Shown here in pieces: positions 59,032-64,000 of a stretch of DNA of 64,000 nucleotides. Each line of letters starts with the position of its first letter. Position 1 is the stretch's first letter. The stretch lies in the NCBI GenBank assembly GCA_016926395.1, contig JAFGOT010000014.1, positions 24,556 to 88,555 on the forward strand, in the 5' to 3' direction. Source of the DNA: Candidatus Woesearchaeota archaeon (GTDB lineage: Archaea > Nanobdellota > Nanobdellia > Woesearchaeales > SKGA01). The notes beneath the pieces are model-generated. The model was given only the letters and a program-made list of their open reading frames with translations, searched no databases and had not been told where the DNA came from. Position numbers and translations under genes: made by a program.

Positions 59032-60070
59032 GAAGAAGAAAATGGGAGCTATGAGAGAATTTGGAAAGGCATTTGTGCCTGAAAAAATGTTTGGATTTAA
59101 AATCCGAGCTAATCTTAAATCCTATCTTCTAACTGCAGGTTGCCCTGATGTGCCTTATGATTTTTTTGGAATATTATTCTTAGCAACAGCTGCAGTAACT
59201 TATTTTATATTTATGGGTCTAGTTTATCCAGTAGTTCATGGAATGAATTTTTTGGTTGGTTTAGTTTTACTGTTTGTTGCTTGGGCTGGGATACAGCTAC
59301 TTTTGGTGTTTATAGTATGTTTTATGATATTCTTTTTTCTAAATATTAAAGTCTATAAAAGAACGAAAGAAATTGAAAGTAAGCTAGCAGATTTCTTAGT
59401 TTTGGTTTCTACTAATTTGAAAGGAGGCCTTTCCTTGGAACAAGGTCTTTGGGCTGCAATTAGACCTGAGTTTGGTTTATTGGCTGAGGAGATGACTTTA
59501 GTTTCAAAAAGAGTTATGACGGGAAATGATTTAACAGAAGCATTAAATGAATTTGTGCAAAAATATGATTCTCCTTTATTACAGAGAAACTTCTCATTAA
59601 TCATAGGGGAAGTAGAAACTGGAGGAAAGATTGTTGTTGTTATTGATAAGGTAATTGAATCATTAAAGAAAACAAAAGCACTAAAAGATGAGATGAGTGC
59701 TTCAGCTGTTAGTTATATGATATTTATTGGTGTAATTGTAATTGCTGTAGCTCCAGCATTATTTGCTCTTGCATATAGATTATTATTTATCATAACAAAC
59801 TTTACATCCTCAATTGGTTCCTCAATGTCCGGAACAGGAATTGCAAACGCAATAAACTTTAATACTGAAGTCGATACGGGGCTTTTTAAGAATTTCTCAA
59901 TATGGGCCCTTGCAACTATTTCTATATTTAGTTCGATGATTATTTCAATAATAGAGAAAGGAGATATTAAAGGGGGATTAAAATATATTCCTGCATTTAC
60001 TATCGTTTCAATAGTTCTTTACTTGATATTTATGGCAGGATTAGAAGCAGTGTTTGGAGCTGTATTTTAG
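59021..60070 (+). CDS. second TadC/FlaJ-like membrane protein
   Basis: LADFLVLVSTNLKGGLSLEQGLWAAIRPEFGLLAEEM aligns with LPDFLQLASANISAGMPIDRALWFAVRPRFGVLAKEM of 41652-42899. Confidence 0.65.
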   Translation: MICEKKKMGAMREFGKAFVPEKMFGFKIRANLKSYLLTAGCPDVPYDFFGILFLATAAVTYFIFMGLVYPVVHGMNFLVGLVLLFVAWAGIQLLLVFIVCFMIFFFLNIKVYKRTKEIESKLADFLVLVSTNLKGGLSLEQGLWAAIRPEFGLLAEEMTLVSKRVMTGNDLTEALNEFVQKYDSPLLQRNFSLIIGEVETGGKIVVVIDKVIESLKKTKALKDEMSASAVSYMIFIGVIVIAVAPALFALAYRLLFIITNFTSSIGSSMSGTGIANAINFNTEVDTGLFKNFSIWALATISIFSSMIISIIEKGDIKGGLKYIPAFTIVSIVLYLIFMAGLEAVFGAVF

Positions 60071-60112
60071 TTATAAAGATAACTAGAATTAAGAATTCTA
60101 AATTTTATTACT

Positions 60113-60628
60113 CTAACAAGAATCATCACAAGAACTTTCAGATTCTTCATCATTTGGATTAAAAACTTTTTTCAATTTTCTGGACTTAGAAAGATGATTG
60201 CTAAATATTCCTTCTTTAACCCGTCCGACACCAACAAAATCATTATTATGTTTTACAATAACGTACTGTTTCTGAAAATCTTCATTTTCACAAACTAAGT
60301 TTTCACCTTTGATATACTCTTCAAACTGTAAATCGTTTATTTCAAAAATATTTTTTGTAGCAAGAGGTCCAATCATTTGAGTGCCCTCTAAAGATAATCT
60401 AAAACCATCAATCATAAAAGTTCCAAAATAAAGCCCAAAAGCGTTAGTCCTAAGAGCTTCTTGATCTAAATCAAAAATTTCTTTATTACAAACATAAACA
60501 CGTTCTCTTTTATTCAGACAAAAGTAAACAAGATTATCAGGAATTTCATTAATACCAAATTGTTCATTTAAGGTTTGACGAATGTGTTTTCTATCCTTGG
60601 AATTTAGTATTATTATTTCTGCTTTCAA
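60113..60628 (-). CDS. NIP7-like PUA-domain protein (ribosome biogenesis)
   Basis: Size and pattern (..VIVKHNNDFVGVGRVKEG..) resemble archaeal NIP7/UPF0113; tentative. Confidence 0.4.
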   Translation of the reverse strand: MKAEIIILNSKDRKHIRQTLNEQFGINEIPDNLVYFCLNKRERVYVCNKEIFDLDQEALRTNAFGLYFGTFMIDGFRLSLEGTQMIGPLATKNIFEINDLQFEEYIKGENLVCENEDFQKQYVIVKHNNDFVGVGRVKEGIFSNHLSKSRKLKKVFNPNDEESESSCDDSC

Positions 60629-60647
60629 TTTTTTTACCTTTATTTTT

Positions 60648-62408
60648 TTATTTTCCCCAGAATGGATCTTCTTTTCTTTTAATCTCGGCGATTTCTCTTA
60701 AGATTTCAATCTCTTCTGCAGATAATAATTTACTGTGTTTTTTTAATTCTCTAAAAATAGGAGGGGGGATGTCAGTGTATAAAATGTCGCCTTCGTTGAC
60801 TTGTCGACCTGCTGTGATGTTAGGAAGACTAATTGCGGCTTGTTTTCCTTTGTCTAAAGTTTGATGATTTTTTTTATCGGCTTGAATTTCTTTAACAGAA
60901 GTTAATTTGTCTCCTCCTTTTTTCATTAAAGGCATATTAGTTGTAAGTTGGCCTTCAAGGACTTCAACACCGACAACACAGGGATTTGATTGACGGAAAA
61001 TGCAGTTTGCTAAGATCTCAATTTTTGCAGGTCGCATCAAACCATCAAGTTTTTGGGCAGCAATTTCTTTTTCTTTTTCTTTTGACCATTCTTCGTAAGT
61101 TTCAATTATTCGATAAATGACATCATTAGTGATTATTTTTATGTGATCTGTTGAAGGAACACTAGGAATATTGAAACCAAGAATAACTGAATGTAGTGGT
61201 TCTTTATCGTAACTAGTTTGTGCGTCAGTTAAATCTTTTTTAGAAATTGGACCAACACGAGCAGCACGAATTTTAAATCCTTTTTCTCGAAGAAGAACAT
61301 TAAGTGCTTCTAAACTTCCAATGTTATCTGCTTTGATAATTATTCCTTCATCATCAAGAGGTATGTCTGCTTCGCTAATTTCTCTTTCAACCATTTCTTT
61401 TGTTTTTTCTAAAGTATCTTTATTACAACTGTAAAGCGGCATACCAGAAATAACTCCTTCCATTTCAGGGCAGGAAACTTTAACGCCTGTTGCTGCGATG
61501 ACTTCTTTTACTGATTTAAAACCTGATTTTTTATCTCTCATCTCTCGATTTGCTTCAGGTTCAAACATCGCCTTAACTTTAGTAACCAAAGCACCGTTTA
61601 AAGTACCAATAACAACCACGTCATTAGTTTTAAGAGTGCCATTGTAAAGAATAACATCCATTGTTTTTCCAAGACCTTGTTCTTCTTTAACTTCAAGAAC
61701 GGTACCTTTTGCAGGACCGGAAACTTCTAATAATAAGTTTTTTTCAAGATATTTTTGAGCTAAAGCGGAGATGACCATTAACGTTTCAGGAAGACCAACT
61801 CCTTTTAGGGCTGATACTGGGATGATTGCAACTTGTGTTGTAAAATCCGTTACCCTATCAAAACGATCGGCAGTAATTTGAAATTTATCATAAAGTTGTC
61901 CAACTAGTTCATACATTTTAGTTTCGAAAGTCTGCCCGACTTCAGGAGATTGACCTGCAATAGAACCAAGAACTGGTTTGTTATCAACACGGAATCTTGG
62001 AAGAAGATCTAATTTGTTAGCGGCAATAATAAAAGGAGTTCTAGCTGCTCGTAAGATTTCAATAGCTTCAATAGTTTGAGGTTTAAAACCTTCATTAATG
62101 TCAACAACGACAATAGCAATATCTGCTAGAGATCCACCTCTTTTTCTAAGAGAGGTAAATGCGGCGTGTCCAGGAGTATCAATAAATAAGAGTCCAGGAA
62201 TAGTAAGTTTAATGCCCATTTTCCCCAAGAGTTCACCACATTTGTTTTGAATGGTTTCTAAAGGTACGATTGATGCACCGATTGCTTGAGTTATAGCTCC
62301 TGCTTCAGTAGCCAGAATATTTGATCCTCTAATAGCATCAAGAACGGAAGATTTACCATGATCTACATGGCCAAGGACAGAAACAATAGGACTTCGAATT
62401 GAACTCAT
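60648..62408 (-). CDS. infB: translation initiation factor aIF5B (IF2 homolog)
   Basis: G1 GHVDHGKSS, DTPGHAAF, NKLD; beta-barrel domains follow. Confidence 0.9.
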   Translation of the reverse strand: MSSIRSPIVSVLGHVDHGKSSVLDAIRGSNILATEAGAITQAIGASIVPLETIQNKCGELLGKMGIKLTIPGLLFIDTPGHAAFTSLRKRGGSLADIAIVVVDINEGFKPQTIEAIEILRAARTPFIIAANKLDLLPRFRVDNKPVLGSIAGQSPEVGQTFETKMYELVGQLYDKFQITADRFDRVTDFTTQVAIIPVSALKGVGLPETLMVISALAQKYLEKNLLLEVSGPAKGTVLEVKEEQGLGKTMDVILYNGTLKTNDVVVIGTLNGALVTKVKAMFEPEANREMRDKKSGFKSVKEVIAATGVKVSCPEMEGVISGMPLYSCNKDTLEKTKEMVEREISEADIPLDDEGIIIKADNIGSLEALNVLLREKGFKIRAARVGPISKKDLTDAQTSYDKEPLHSVILGFNIPSVPSTDHIKIITNDVIYRIIETYEEWSKEKEKEIAAQKLDGLMRPAKIEILANCIFRQSNPCVVGVEVLEGQLTTNMPLMKKGGDKLTSVKEIQADKKNHQTLDKGKQAAISLPNITAGRQVNEGDILYTDIPPPIFRELKKHSKLLSAEEIEILREIAEIKRKEDPFWGK

Positions 62409-62520
62409 CTTTAATCACTAATAAGAAGAACATCTATGTCATTTATAAAGTTTGTTTGATTGATTTAGTCTATATTTTTAATGAATAAAGTTTAAAAAGG
62501 ATGGAGGACCACGATTATAT

Positions 62521-63252
62521 ATGCAAACTAGGATAAATAGAGTAAAAAGCAGAAAATTAAGTATAACAACAATTCTTTTGTTACTTAACACATTCGTATT
62601 TATACTGCAACTTGCAGTTCCAAAACTGTTTACTAATTTATCTTTAACTTCTGGTCAAACGTTAACACATCCATGGACTATATTTACATCGATGTTTATG
62701 CATGCAGGATTTTCACACTTACTTTTTAACATGTATGCTCTTCTTATTTTCGGTTCTCTAATAGAACAAAAAATTGGAAGAAATAGATTCTTGTGGTCTT
62801 ATTTGCTCTCTGGAGTTGTCGCTGCGTTATCTTTTGATTTTTACAATCAAATTATGGGAACAGCGGGTAGTGCTGTTGGAGCAAGTGGAGCAATAATGGG
62901 CATATTAGGACTTACAATAATGCTACTTCCGCAACTAAGAGTTGCATTCTTTTTTGTAATACCAATGAGTATGAGAACTGCGGGAATAATATTTGCACTA
63001 ATAGATTTATTTGGATTATTTAATCCAGCTTCGGGAATCGCACATATTGCTCACTTAGGAGGATTGGCAGTGGGATTATTACTTGGTTATTATTTTATAC
63101 GTAAAAAAGTTGGATTTCAAAAACAATTCATTAGAGTTAATATTTCTTCTAAACCTAAACCTAAAAATAATCCTGCGGATTCTAACTATGAAAAAACTAT
63201 TGAACTAACGCAAGAAGATATTGATGGTTACTTTAAATACGGAAAAATATAA
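62521..63252 (+). CDS. rhomboid-family intramembrane serine protease
   Basis: GASGAIMGILG (GxSG) and AHLGGLAVG (catalytic His) in a 6-TM layout. Confidence 0.8.
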   Translation: MQTRINRVKSRKLSITTILLLLNTFVFILQLAVPKLFTNLSLTSGQTLTHPWTIFTSMFMHAGFSHLLFNMYALLIFGSLIEQKIGRNRFLWSYLLSGVVAALSFDFYNQIMGTAGSAVGASGAIMGILGLTIMLLPQLRVAFFFVIPMSMRTAGIIFALIDLFGLFNPASGIAHIAHLGGLAVGLLLGYYFIRKKVGFQKQFIRVNISSKPKPKNNPADSNYEKTIELTQEDIDGYFKYGKI

Positions 63253-63279
63253 AAAGGTTGATTTTAGTTAGATTGTTTA

Positions 63280-64000
63280 ATGGCTATTAATCTAAAACTA
63301 ACTCCTGCTGAAGTTGAATTCTTAAAATCAAAAAAAATAGGCTTAGTTCTTAGTGGGGGAGCTAGTCGAGGATTTGCAGAAGCAGGAGTGATGAACGTAT
63401 TTGAAAAACATTCCATTGAACCTGTTGCTATTGTTGGAGCTTCAGTTGGTTCTTTAGTTGGTGTTTGCGTTGCTGCAGGTAAATCTGCTAGTGTGTTAGA
63501 GTCAGAATTTTTAGAACATAAACCTTTTACTTGGCGAGATATTTCTATGTTTAGTCATTCAGGATTGCTCAATGCAGAACATATTGTTAGTAGGATACTG
63601 AAAGTCTTAGATGTAGAAAAATTTTCTGATCTTAGAATTCCTCTTAAAGTAACTGCAACCAACCTTAACACTGGAAAAGAAAGAATATTTTCATCAGGAA
63701 AATTAATTGATGCATTAGCTTCAAGTATTGCATTTCCGGGAGTTATTGCGCCAAGAAAAATTGGTCGGCACTGGTATGCTGATGGGGGAGTTAATAATCC
63801 TATTCCTGTTCATTTACTTCCAAAAAATGTGGATTTAGTTATTATAGTTGATGTGACTGGAAAACTAAGACCTCTCGAAGATAATTCTTCTACTTTAACT
63901 CTTCTTAAAAACGTATATGAGATTATGCTTCATCACATAAGTAATAGGGAAATAGAGCGAGCGATGTTAGAGTATGATTCAATCCTTATTCAACCACCCG
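63280..64000 (+). CDS. patatin-like phospholipase, 3' end beyond window
   Basis: LSGGASRG oxyanion motif, GASVGS (GxSxG), DGGV catalytic Asp; ORF open to the window end, so absent from the ORF track. Confidence 0.8.
   Translation, partial: MAINLKLTPAEVEFLKSKKIGLVLSGGASRGFAEAGVMNVFEKHSIEPVAIVGASVGSLVGVCVAAGKSASVLESEFLEHKPFTWRDISMFSHSGLLNAEHIVSRILKVLDVEKFSDLRIPLKVTATNLNTGKERIFSSGKLIDALASSIAFPGVIAPRKIGRHWYADGGVNNPIPVHLLPKNVDLVIIVDVTGKLRPLEDNSSTLTLLKNVYEIMLHHISNREIERAMLEYDSILIQPP

Noticed and set aside
1-64000. CRISPR arrays, rRNA genes, transposase or integrase genes
   Set aside because: No regularly spaced short direct repeats were seen anywhere. No rRNA-like GC-rich long non-coding stretch. 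No protein with DDE, tyrosine-recombinase or serine-recombinase motifs was recognised.

Overview
This is an AT-rich archaeal chromosomal window. It appears to come from a small-genome archaeon, possibly DPANN-like; that is an inference from codon style, leaderless-looking gene starts and gene content.

Archaeal housekeeping genes recognised directly from motifs are: XPD/Rad3 helicase (partial, minus strand, 1-1751, absent from the ORF track because it runs off the window), nitroreductase, seryl-tRNA synthetase, NUDIX hydrolase, RNase HII, tRNA-dihydrouridine synthase, initiator tRNA-Met, tRNA-Ser(GCT), proteasome beta subunit, aCPSF1/FttA beta-CASP RNase, endonuclease IV, family B DNA polymerase, aIF5B, a NIP7-like PUA protein, a rhomboid protease and a patatin-like lipase (partial at the 3' end).

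Accessory content:
1. A putative DNA modification/restriction island at 11.6-17.1 kb. It holds a ParB/Srx-domain protein fused to a PD-(D/E)xK-like domain, translationally coupled to a B12-binding radical SAM enzyme. Next comes a DpnI-like methyl-directed endonuclease that is frameshifted at an A5 run, and downstream, on the opposite strand, a PLD/HKD-family protein.
2. Two paralogous archaeal type IV (Tad-like) pilus loci at 30.2-42.9 kb and 53.8-60.1 kb. Each has a FlaI/TadA-like ATPase, two TadC/FlaJ-like membrane proteins and a conserved wHTH protein. Nine class III signal-peptide (pilin-like) genes occur in the window; one is 893 aa and carries a vWA MIDAS motif.
3. Two paralogous amino-acid (APC) permease-SAM methyltransferase fusion genes, one broken by a 1-nt indel in a T6 run.
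4. A tRNA-Ser flanked by partial duplicates of its own 5' and 3' ends.
5. Large secreted surface proteins (a transglutaminase-like one, and a 1342-aa protein with a tandem Cys-rich C-terminal repeat).

No CRISPR array or rRNA was found.
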